Source: an uncultured Clostridia bacterium (GTDB lineage Bacteria; Bacillota; Clostridia; Oscillospirales; CAG-272). Taken from it: 64,000 nt of DNA. Positions 55,767-64,000 of this stretch are shown here, piece after piece. The position numbers and the translations under genes are program-made. The notes beneath the pieces were generated by a model. That model was not told the origin of the DNA and did not search any database. It saw only the letters and a list, made by a program, of their open reading frames with translations. The stretch spans positions 34,989 through 98,988 of the forward strand of contig CALYAD010000054.1 of assembly GCA_944393415.1 (NCBI GenBank). Reading direction: 5' to 3'. The stretch's first letter is position 1. Each line of letters starts with the position of its first letter.

Positions 55767-58439
55767 TCAAACGGAAATCCTTACAGTAACTATCTCCTTA
55801 GGCATTGCCGAAAGAAACAGCGTATGCCTTCTTTCAATCTGAACATCCGAAATATATTCCTCACCAAGCGTCACACGGGACGCTTTTTTTAATTCCGGGT
55901 TAAATTCAAGAGAAAACTCGACATTATCTGAGACAGTATTGTACAGGCGGATGATCTGTCCGTCTCCGTCCTCCGCCCCCTTAAAAGCGGATAACATCAT
56001 GGCGTTAGGCACGCTCTGAGTTATACTGAACAATTTGTATTCTCTTGGAACGGTTATTTCGGGACGCTGGAGCGGACGGTAGTAAAGCTCCGGTATCCCG
56101 GCCGCCTGAACAAACGGTCTTCCGCCGGTCATCCTATTATAGTCGCAGTAACGCGCGGTGGCATATACAGGAGAAAGAAAGCCGTACGCCGCGGCAGCTA
56201 CCCCAGCAGACGTATGATCACCGGAGTACGGATATACCGCAAGCCTCAGCGAATAGCTTCCGATACACTGACACTCAGTCGCTTCCCAGCCCTCCGTTAT
56301 ATTTCTTTCGTCGATTTCTCCAAAGCCCCCGCTGACTCTGCCAGTTGCTCTGAGCAGCGTGAACGCGAGAGTTCCGTCATTGTCTCCGGTCATATGCTCG
56401 TACTCATAAAGGCCCTCGTTAAGTACAGCGAGCCCGCAGCCCTGACCGTCTATTCCGGCGAAAGCGGTATTCGGGTGCGTCGCATCATCCTGATAGGCGC
56501 TCACTTTATTACGTATCACTATATCGAACGGCTGCCCTGCGTAGTTTACATCCGACGATATACCGGTAGGTATCCTTACACGCAGGCGGTGATACCTCAT
56601 GGTGTTTGTTACATTGACCGTGACCGCAAGATATTTGCTTTCTGCGTCAAGCGTTAATATCAGTTCTATCGGAAGCTCTCCTTTGCCGGTCTTACGGTCG
56701 ACTTTCAGGCTGAAGCTCACCCGACGCACGGAACGCATTGCCGTTTCCGAAATATTCTCTACTTCAGCTTTCGCTTTCTCGTTTGTCACAAGCCCCCCGT
56801 CGTCGCTCGGAGAAAAGAATCGGTAAGAATCCCCGAGATCGATCGCGTCTTCTATAAGCAGTGTGTTTTTATATACCGCTCCTGACTTCTTATCCGTAAT
56901 ATCCACGGTACCGTTTTCGTTTATATGAACCGTAAGATACTCGTTATCCATGACATACGCGCTTTTTGAGATTTCCGGGGTTAGATCCACAGCGTCTTCA
57001 GACGGGGAAAGCAGCAGCGTGCGCCGCGACATACCGCCTATTTCCCCGGGGCGCAGAAGCAGGCTGTAGCGGTCGACACGCTTTTCGCCCGGAAGATTTA
57101 TCGGAGAAAGCACCCGCTTGCCTATATTCCTGCGTATCCTTGTCACCTCAAACGGAACTTCTTTTCCCTTCTCATCCGTTATCCTGAAGCCCCCGCTGCC
57201 GTCGGATGTCTCTATATCGACCGTCGCTTCTATAATACCGTTATAAGGGTAAAGCGAATTGTTTGAACACATTATAAAAATGTCGTTTTGCCCTGTACCG
57301 GTCCGGTCGGTATGCTTAAGCAGCTCTTCATCGGCCCGTAAGTCAAGCTCGCCGAGATTTTCAAATATCCGTTCAAATCTGTCTGTCATATGCCTGTGCA
57401 CTGCGTCAACGGAGCATCCGCAGATAGAGTCGTGAGGATGGTTATGTATAAGCGTTTTCCAGAGGTAGCGCGAAAAGTCCAAAGGATAATCCTTTATTCC
57501 GAGTATATCGAGCAGTGAATATGACGGCTCGAATCTGCCCTCGATGTCAGCCTGCGCGCGCGTGTTCATTTGCTTCAGGTATACCCGTGAAGACAGCGTT
57601 CCGGTAAGTACGTTACTCGCTCCGAGATCCCGGAACTCCCCCGTGTAGGTCTTAAGCTCTGTTTTCTTTTCGGCAATCTCAGTCTTCAGCCTTTCCGCAT
57701 ATTCCGGCAGGGTATCCTGGAACACCCTCTCGTCCTCTTTCATCATAGGACGCAGCTTTTCTATTATTTCCGTGAGATTCTCCTGAGCCTCAAGGTGATC
57801 GACTCCGTTCATAAGCAGATAGCAGTCTGCCTTTCCCCGGTCGGCGCAAAGCTTTCCGCGCGAGATCAGCAGAGCATACGCGCCGTCCGCATCCTCCGGA
57901 AGTCTCTGAAGATTGTTATACCAGTCCTTCATATGCTCACAGACGACCTGCGAGCCGTCCTCGGCTCTCCAGTAGAACTGTGATTCTCCCCGTCCGTATC
58001 CGCGGCCGAAGATGCAGCAGTCAAGCCCGAAGCGCTTAAGTATCTGCGGAAGCTGTGAGCAAAGCCCGAACTGATCGGCGGCATACCCGATACGCATACA
58101 GCCTCCGAACTCCTTCGCGATAGCCGTGCCTATAATCAGGTTTCTTACCGTGGCCTCTCCGCTGGTCAGATGAAAATCATTCTGCACGTACCACGGACCG
58201 ACCAGAAGTCTTCCTTCTTTCACATATCTTTCAAGCTCCTGGCGCTTATTTGGCTTAATTTCAAGATAATCCTCTAAAACGATAGTCTGAGCGTCAAGAT
58301 GAAAACGATATCCCGGATCGTTTCTGAGAATATCCAGCAGATTATCCATCATATCCACAAGGCGTATTCTGAACTGCTCAAACGTAAGATACCACTCCCT
58401 GTCCCAATGGGTATGGGAAATAATGCAGTAGTTTTTCAT
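55767..58439 (-). CDS. Glycoside hydrolase family 38 alpha-mannosidase
   Basis: SHTHWDREW N-terminal motif, 890 aa, no signal peptide. Confidence 0.92.
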   Translation of the reverse strand: MKNYCIISHTHWDREWYLTFEQFRIRLVDMMDNLLDILRNDPGYRFHLDAQTIVLEDYLEIKPNKRQELERYVKEGRLLVGPWYVQNDFHLTSGEATVRNLIIGTAIAKEFGGCMRIGYAADQFGLCSQLPQILKRFGLDCCIFGRGYGRGESQFYWRAEDGSQVVCEHMKDWYNNLQRLPEDADGAYALLISRGKLCADRGKADCYLLMNGVDHLEAQENLTEIIEKLRPMMKEDERVFQDTLPEYAERLKTEIAEKKTELKTYTGEFRDLGASNVLTGTLSSRVYLKQMNTRAQADIEGRFEPSYSLLDILGIKDYPLDFSRYLWKTLIHNHPHDSICGCSVDAVHRHMTDRFERIFENLGELDLRADEELLKHTDRTGTGQNDIFIMCSNNSLYPYNGIIEATVDIETSDGSGGFRITDEKGKEVPFEVTRIRRNIGKRVLSPINLPGEKRVDRYSLLLRPGEIGGMSRRTLLLSPSEDAVDLTPEISKSAYVMDNEYLTVHINENGTVDITDKKSGAVYKNTLLIEDAIDLGDSYRFFSPSDDGGLVTNEKAKAEVENISETAMRSVRRVSFSLKVDRKTGKGELPIELILTLDAESKYLAVTVNVTNTMRYHRLRVRIPTGISSDVNYAGQPFDIVIRNKVSAYQDDATHPNTAFAGIDGQGCGLAVLNEGLYEYEHMTGDNDGTLAFTLLRATGRVSGGFGEIDERNITEGWEATECQCIGSYSLRLAVYPYSGDHTSAGVAAAAYGFLSPVYATARYCDYNRMTGGRPFVQAAGIPELYYRPLQRPEITVPREYKLFSITQSVPNAMMLSAFKGAEDGDGQIIRLYNTVSDNVEFSLEFNPELKKASRVTLGEEYISDVQIERRHTLFLSAMPKEIVTVRISV

Positions 58440-58480
58440 AAGCTTCTGCCTTTCTCAGTTATCATAATTTATTTTTGATT

Positions 58481-58500
58481 CCGCTTTTGAAAAAGCTTGG
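58481..58500. repeat. Degenerate hairpin-family member CCGCTTTTGAAAAAGCTTGG
   Basis: It lies between the surface-protein stop and the GH38 start. The inverted repeat is imperfect. Confidence 0.4.
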
Positions 58501-58541
58501 CAAAACTTTTCTGTAATTTTTGTCCTGATGTAATATTGCCT

Positions 58542-61500
58542 TCACGCTTTCCCCGATGTGTCGTCATCTTTTTCGGTTTTCTTTTTCGGGAACGGAATCA
58601 AAAGAACCGCTATCGCCAGTATACCGAAAACAAAGATCAAAAACATATACAGTGTCTGCGTGTCGCCCAGATCAAGAAACGGCGTTACCGTCTCTGAAGA
58701 CGCGATACTACGCTCCGCAGACGCCGACGAGGAAAGCGGAACGGTCAGCTCCACCCCGAGAGAATCAAAGGTATATGTCACCTTATAATACTTGGAGGCA
58801 GAGACTCCGCTGTCCACATACACCGTGCCTTCAAGCCGGTCCGCGAGAACGGTGTAATTACCGTCGGGAGAGGAGCTGGACCAGAGCGTAAAATACATGC
58901 AGCCTCTGACAGCGTTCCACATAACGCTGTTTTCGCTTTCCCTGACAGAAGCGGTCGGGGAGAGCGGGTTTGCGGTATAATCCGAAATAAACGCCCTTGT
59001 CTCGAGATAAAGGAAATCATCCGCGCTCAGTGACGCCTCTCCTATCGCGGAGCAGAAGCGTACCTCATAAGTGTTATCCGAATTTGCAAAATCCGGGATA
59101 TCTATATAAGGCATAAGGCATTCTCCGTCGATAAAAACAGCCGCCGCCGCGCAGTCCGCGTCTATCCACACGGTAACGCGGTAGCTTTCGCCCTCTTTGA
59201 GTGTACAAAGCTCGGTCCCGTCGCTGAGCGTCAGCTTTTCCTCCGAAAGCTTAATAATATCTATTACCTTTCTCGAGTCATAGTAAACGGTGGCGACGTT
59301 CACACCCACTGTGTTTTTATTTACGGTCAATTTGAAATCGAATATCGCCGCGCGTCTGTCTTTTATGCTTTCCACGGCGAAATACGGAATATCCATCGAC
59401 TCCGCCGGATTTATTATTCTCAGTGTGCCGCTTGACTCTTCAAGATAACAATTATCTGTGGCAAGCTTCAGGGAAGTTTCACTTCCTGAAAAATCATCTG
59501 AAATTACCGTAATAGAGGTATACGACGGAAGCTCTCCTGCCGGAGTCGCGGGTTTTTCTCCCTCCGGAGGAAGCACCGCGGTGACAGCCAGCAGGTTTTC
59601 TCCGTAGCCAAGATAATATTCCTTTCCGTTTTTTATATATGTAATACAGACCGTATAATAATACGTGCTGTTTTCCGTTACGTTGATATCCGTAAATGAG
59701 AGAGCGTCGGTAAGCTCGGATATCTGCAGCTGCGGAGCAAGCTCCGAGGTGCTTCTCCAGACCGTGTATCTCGCCGCCGGGCCTACCGACTCCCAGCTTA
59801 TTAGTATATCGCCTGTCTGGGTAGTCTCACCGGTAAAGCTGAGCTCCGGCTCGGTAAGCGAAAGCCCCAGCTTTCTTTCGCTCCTGTATACCGTAAGGTC
59901 GTCAAGGTATACCTTAGAGCTTCCGAGCCTGTCGGAGCAAAGAAAACCGATGCCGTCAAAGCCCGACATATCATCAGAAACGGCATTATAGCACAGCTCC
60001 GCCATTCCGTTTATATAAACGCTTACGAACCCGTTCTCCGCGTTTCCCAACACCGTAATTCTGTAGCTTTTACCGTGCTCCAGCCTCTGCCCCATCCGTC
60101 TGTCCGTACCGCTCATCGCGTAAATCGTGCCGTCGGAGCTTACCCCTGCGGCGATGTGCGTGCTTTTCCCGTTTTCGGTAAATGTGACCAGCTCAAGGTC
60201 CGTGCTGAGCCTGTCATATGTAAACATAAAATCCGCATATATCGGCGCGGTCCCGCTGCTCACCGGAAGATGTAAAGAAGCTTTACCGGTATATCCCGAG
60301 GCATATGTCAGAGCGTACCCGTTACCGATTTGCTCGAGCGCCGCCTCTCCCTCCGCCTCAAGAGGCGCGATATCGGACATATTTCCGAAGTCAAAGGTAT
60401 TCTCATAATATATCTCGGCCGACTCCTCCGCTCCCGCAGGGATCGCCCCGCCGTACATGACGCCATAGTCAATATACATCGCGCCCGCTGAGACGGCTAC
60501 GCTGTCAATACTGAAAAGCCTGACTCCGTCTATCCTCTCAAGCCCCGACGGAAGAGTCGCGCCCGTCAGCGCCTCCCTTCCGTCTATATAAACGTCAAAT
60601 GTAGTACGGTCAAAGGAAATAACAAGGGATATTACCGTATAGGATTCGCGTCCGACGCTTGAGATTACCTCGCCGCTCTCCTCTAAGCGCAAGTTACCGG
60701 AGCTGTCAATACTTATAAGCCCGAGACGCTTGGTAATACCGCTTTCATCCGTTGTAAAGGGGGAAAGAACCGTAGCCTCTCCGTTCCACGCCGCTCCGAG
60801 ACGAACAGCTATCTCCGCGACCTGGCTCTTTCCTATTGTCTCTTTCTGCGAGTATATGTCCGCGCTCGGGCGGTATGCCGTGTGATTTACCGCAAGATAC
60901 GTATTTTTCCCCGCCGAAAGCACCTGAAACGTATTTCCGAGCGGAGATAACGAGAAAAAGTCGTTTTTCACGGTTTCCGTATAGAGGGCGCCGGCTTCAA
61001 GCAAGGAAAGATCCAGCTCCGCCGTTATATCGTCAGGATCCGCCTCCGGATACAGACCGAATTCCGGCTCCTCTCCGCTGTATACCCAGAAATAATCTAT
61101 ATCGGCCCTCATTCCTTCCGTCCACGACTCGGTCACATAAAAAAGGGCGTCGGCAGAGTCTATCGTATCAAGCCCGACCGGAAGAGAAATGTCCTGTGCC
61201 ATGAGAGTGCCGTTTATGTATATGTCCATTGTAATCGCGCTTTCCGAGACGTGCCACGCAACGCTGATATTCTTCCACTGATGCTCGGTGAGCAGAACCC
61301 CTGATTGCGTATATTCCGTGCCGTTGTAATAAACAACGGTACCGTCGCCGTACATTCTGACCGGAGAAAAGTAAACGTTATCCTCTCCGGATTTACCGCT
61401 GAGCGCGATCAGGTCTATCGCGCCCGAGGAATAGGAAATGCTTAAACCGGGATATCTGACCGAGACGTCGGTAACAAAATCGGAGATCCCGTTAAGCTTA

Positions 61501-61871
61501 CCCGTAAGCGAAAGCTCAATTCCGGAGCGCGCCGCCTCGGCGGAAAGATGCAGAAAGTCCGCGCGCGCAAAGCTGTTGCCTCCGTCCATAACTAAAGAAA
61601 ACGTTGTCTCAAGAGGATGAAAAAAAGTCATATACGGATTGCCGGAGGCGTCCTCCAACGACGAGTAGTCTCCGACCATGCCTATCTCGGGATCATCGGC
61701 AAGCTCCGAAAAATCGCTTCCCGTTATAATCTCCCCGGCCGGATACTGCGACCCTGTCTGTAAGGCGCTGACCCTGTTTAAGGACAGCGGCAGCATAAGT
61801 GACAGCGTCATCATAGCAGCAAGGAGAATCGCGATGATTTTATTTTCAACAGAGTGACTTTTCATTATCAT
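58542..61871 (-). CDS. Large membrane-anchored surface protein with repeated LamG/ConA-like and FN3-like modules
   Basis: It has a signal peptide (IIAILLAAMMTLSLMLPLSLNRVSA), a C-terminal TM segment plus KKKTEKDDD tail, and no LPXTG. It contains four modules ending in (Y/F)I(N/D)G motifs and two FN3-like segments. The start may instead be ATG 61865. Confidence 0.75.
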   Translation of the reverse strand: MIMKSHSVENKIIAILLAAMMTLSLMLPLSLNRVSALQTGSQYPAGEIITGSDFSELADDPEIGMVGDYSSLEDASGNPYMTFFHPLETTFSLVMDGGNSFARADFLHLSAEAARSGIELSLTGKLNGISDFVTDVSVRYPGLSISYSSGAIDLIALSGKSGEDNVYFSPVRMYGDGTVVYYNGTEYTQSGVLLTEHQWKNISVAWHVSESAITMDIYINGTLMAQDISLPVGLDTIDSADALFYVTESWTEGMRADIDYFWVYSGEEPEFGLYPEADPDDITAELDLSLLEAGALYTETVKNDFFSLSPLGNTFQVLSAGKNTYLAVNHTAYRPSADIYSQKETIGKSQVAEIAVRLGAAWNGEATVLSPFTTDESGITKRLGLISIDSSGNLRLEESGEVISSVGRESYTVISLVISFDRTTFDVYIDGREALTGATLPSGLERIDGVRLFSIDSVAVSAGAMYIDYGVMYGGAIPAGAEESAEIYYENTFDFGNMSDIAPLEAEGEAALEQIGNGYALTYASGYTGKASLHLPVSSGTAPIYADFMFTYDRLSTDLELVTFTENGKSTHIAAGVSSDGTIYAMSGTDRRMGQRLEHGKSYRITVLGNAENGFVSVYINGMAELCYNAVSDDMSGFDGIGFLCSDRLGSSKVYLDDLTVYRSERKLGLSLTEPELSFTGETTQTGDILISWESVGPAARYTVWRSTSELAPQLQISELTDALSFTDINVTENSTYYYTVCITYIKNGKEYYLGYGENLLAVTAVLPPEGEKPATPAGELPSYTSITVISDDFSGSETSLKLATDNCYLEESSGTLRIINPAESMDIPYFAVESIKDRRAAIFDFKLTVNKNTVGVNVATVYYDSRKVIDIIKLSEEKLTLSDGTELCTLKEGESYRVTVWIDADCAAAAVFIDGECLMPYIDIPDFANSDNTYEVRFCSAIGEASLSADDFLYLETRAFISDYTANPLSPTASVRESENSVMWNAVRGCMYFTLWSSSSPDGNYTVLADRLEGTVYVDSGVSASKYYKVTYTFDSLGVELTVPLSSSASAERSIASSETVTPFLDLGDTQTLYMFLIFVFGILAIAVLLIPFPKKKTEKDDDTSGKA

Positions 61872-62162
61872 GAATATCCTTTCTTAGTCAGAGACAATGA
61901 CTTGAACCGAACCTCATACCGGGCAAGCGACAAAGCCCGTATCCAAAGGAGCTTCAGCCGATATCTTTTTTATCAATAATCGATCCGAGGGAATATTCTC
62001 CCGAACGTCAATAGTCGGTCTATTTATTATTTATAAATATAATACAATAAAAGAGAATTTATGTAAAGGTATAATTATTACAATTGCTTTAAACCATGTA
62101 ATTTTTGTACACCTTAAACAGACTTTTTGCGGGATTTTTTGTGCGTATCATTAAATTCACTA

Positions 62163-62190
62163 TTGACAAAACGGCATTTTCTGTTATAAT
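62163..62190 (+). promoter_or_regulatory. Sigma-A type promoter for the truncated GH-like gene
   Basis: TTGACA, 16 nt, TATAAT, preceded by TGT (extended -10). It implies a 5' UTR of about 200 nt. Confidence 0.6.
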
Positions 62191-62195
62191 TTGCT

Positions 62196-62346
62196 TAAGG
62201 GAACCGGGAGCGGGCTTCCGTCTCCGACTTCTCCGGGCTTCAGCGGAGCGCAAAGGATCCGCAAAAACCGGAGGCGGAAATGGCACTGCACGCTTACTCC
62301 GATTTTAAATTCCCTTATAAAAAAGTGTTTGGGAAGTTAAAACCCG
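62196..62346. repeat. Mosaic repeat copy inside the predicted 5' UTR of the GH-like gene
   Basis: TCCGACTTCTCCGGGCTTCAGCGGAGCGCAAAGG...AACCGGAGGCGGAAATG aligns to the inverted 55395-55480 and to 20555-20600. Confidence 0.75.
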
Positions 62347-62394
62347 ATTGCTTTTGACCCAGCCCAAGCAAAGATATCGAAAGGAAATATCAGT

Positions 62395-64000
62395 ATGCTT
62401 TACAAAAAGAACAAAGCCAGAACGCTTTCGGACGAACTGTTTAAAGCCCCGAGCTGCGAATACCGCGGTACGCCGTTCTGGTCATGGAACTGCAAAATGA
62501 CCCCTGAAATTCTGGAAAAACAAATTGAATACTTAAAAGAAATGGGCTTCGGAGGCTTCCATATGCACTCAAGAGCCGGTATGGATAACACGTACCTTGG
62601 CGAGGAGTTCATGGGACTCGTACGCGCCTGTGTCGACAAAGCCAAACGCGAGGATATGCTGGCTTGGCTGTACGACGAGGACCGTTGGCCATCCGGCGCC
62701 GCCGGCGGACTTGTTACAAAGGAACCCGAATACCGCGCGCGGATACTTTATTTCGCTCCCGCCTGCCGTGTAAAGCTCTCGGACAGTTATCCCTCGGAGC
62801 TTGACGAAGGCGTCCGCCCGCTCCGCGATTTCTCCGGCGAGCTTCCGCAGAGCGACGCGGTCAGAGAAGGAAAGCCGTATTTTATCGCGGCGTACGATAT
62901 CACGCTCGACGCCGACGGATGTCTTGCCGGCTGCGAGGTCATAGACAGAAAAGCAAAGGCCAAAGGAACGAAATGGTACGCCTTCTGCGCTACCGCGGAA
63001 ATGAGCGACTGGTACAACGGCTACTGCTACGCCGACACCCTCTCCGCCAAGGCGATACGCCGTTTCATTGAAATAACCCACGATACCTACAAAAAATACG
63101 TCGGAGACGAATTTGACCGCACAGTCCCTGCCATATTCACCGACGAGCCTCAGTTCGCGCGCGACAAAAACCTTAACTTCCCCACCGACCTTGACCTGTG
63201 CAGCTTCGCCTGGACGCCGGATCTGCCGAAAACCTATAAGAAACGCTACGGAGACGATATTATTCCGCATATTCCCGAGCTTGTATGGGAGCTTCCGGAC
63301 GGAAAGATCTCGGTATCGCGTTATCGCTTCAGAGATCATCTGTGCCAGAGATTTACCGACGCCTTCAGCGCGCTGTGCGGAAAATGGTGCGAAAAAAACG
63401 GCATAAAACTCACCGGACATATGATGGAGGAGCCTACGCTTCACTCACAGACATCCATGATAGGCGAGACCATGCGCGCGTACAAGTATTTCGGTTATCC
63501 GGGGATAGATATGCTCTGCAACGGCGTTGAGCTTACGACCGCCAAGCAGGCTCAGTCCGTCGTTCATCAGTACGGAAAGGAGGCTATGACCTCCGAGCTT
63601 TACGGAGTGACAAACTGGGATTTCGATTTCAGGGGTCACAAGTTCCAAGGGGACTGGCAGGCGGCGCTCGGAGTCACGATAAGAGTCCCCCATCTTTCCT
63701 GGGTATCCATGAAGGGCGACGCCAAGCGCGACTACCCCGCCTCCATAAGCTATCAGTCGCCGTGGTATAAGGAATATCCTTACATAGAGAACCACTTCGC
63801 CCGTCTTAACACCGCGCTCACCCGAGGGAAGCCTCATGTTTCGATAGGAGTCATACATCCCATAGAAAGCTATTGGCTGCATTGGGGGATAGGGCGTTCC
63901 ACCGCGGCGGCAAGAAAACAGATGGACACCCGCTTTGAAAGCTTTATAAATTGGATGCTGTTCGGTCAGCTTGACTTCGACTATATAAGCGAATCACTTT
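62395..64000 (+). CDS. Putative glycoside hydrolase (family not determined), N-terminal 535 aa; continues past the window
   Basis: Absent from the ORF track because it has no stop in the window. Manual translation is open from ATG 62395 to the window end: MLYKKNKARTLSDELFKAPSCEYRGTPFWSWNCKMTPEILEKQIEYLKEMGFGGFHMHSR... CGAAAGGAAA SD. The tracked minus-strand ORFs here are antisense shadows. Confidence 0.7.
   Translation, partial: MLYKKNKARTLSDELFKAPSCEYRGTPFWSWNCKMTPEILEKQIEYLKEMGFGGFHMHSRAGMDNTYLGEEFMGLVRACVDKAKREDMLAWLYDEDRWPSGAAGGLVTKEPEYRARILYFAPACRVKLSDSYPSELDEGVRPLRDFSGELPQSDAVREGKPYFIAAYDITLDADGCLAGCEVIDRKAKAKGTKWYAFCATAEMSDWYNGYCYADTLSAKAIRRFIEITHDTYKKYVGDEFDRTVPAIFTDEPQFARDKNLNFPTDLDLCSFAWTPDLPKTYKKRYGDDIIPHIPELVWELPDGKISVSRYRFRDHLCQRFTDAFSALCGKWCEKNGIKLTGHMMEEPTLHSQTSMIGETMRAYKYFGYPGIDMLCNGVELTTAKQAQSVVHQYGKEAMTSELYGVTNWDFDFRGHKFQGDWQAALGVTIRVPHLSWVSMKGDAKRDYPASISYQSPWYKEYPYIENHFARLNTALTRGKPHVSIGVIHPIESYWLHWGIGRSTAAARKQMDTRFESFINWMLFGQLDFDYISESL

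Noticed and set aside
8620-62346. Possibility that the recurring hairpin repeats form a CRISPR array
   Set aside because: The copies are dispersed across 54 kb in separate intergenic regions, vary in sequence and orientation, and are not regularly spaced. No cas genes are present.
62569-63882. Two tracked minus-strand ORFs (291 aa and 145 aa)
   Set aside because: They are antisense shadows of an untracked plus-strand ORF. That ORF is open from ATG 62395 to the window end and has a promoter, an SD and protein-like sequence.

Overview
This 64-kb window looks like chromosomal core from a spore-forming anaerobic Firmicutes/Clostridia-type genome. Supporting genes are yqfC/yqfD/ylbJ-like sporulation genes, [FeFe]-hydrogenases, Rex and NfnAB. 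GC looks mid-50s % by eye; I did not compute it. I call about 45 protein genes. I saw no rRNA, tRNA, CRISPR array, transposase, integrase, phage gene or recognisable defence-system gene.

Gene content, left to right:
- A complete Enterococcus-type V-ATPase operon on the minus strand (stalk subunit, I, K, E, C, F, A, then B truncated at the window edge).
- An orphan gene, then nfnAB and an Fe-type alcohol dehydrogenase.
- A more AT-rich stretch with a fused acyltransferase-like gene, an XRE regulator and a small acidic membrane protein.
- A five-gene hfsABCD-like H2-sensing hydrogenase cluster, directly downstream of a tightly packed rex-adhE-(kinase-like) operon and a LysR gene.
- clpX-clpP-tig, thrC, and recO-era-ybeY-phoH-yqfD-yqfC.
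- A plus-strand housekeeping block: ylbJ-like, DUF3343 plus cysteine desulfurase, rplS (minus), apgM-type mutase, lepB, ylqF, rnhB, yraN, an M19 dipeptidase and mutS2.
- A carbohydrate block: TIM-barrel isomerase, rhaB, rhaA, AEC transporter, SIS protein, GH38 mannosidase, a 1109-aa LamG-like surface protein and a truncated glycoside-hydrolase-like gene.

I do not see a clear-cut new defence or mobile system. Two signals stand out. The first is the redox/H2-sensing supercluster at 15.6-25 kb: a sensory PAS-hydrogenase, a PP2C phosphatase, a catalytic-type hydrogenase and two [2Fe-2S] proteins, next to rex-adhE and an APH-fold kinase-like gene. The second is a pervasive mosaic intergenic repeat family found at 15 or more loci. 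Its hallmark is hairpins whose arms co-vary around an invariant TTTTTGAAAAA-type core. All calls rest on manual translation and motif recognition; no searches were run.
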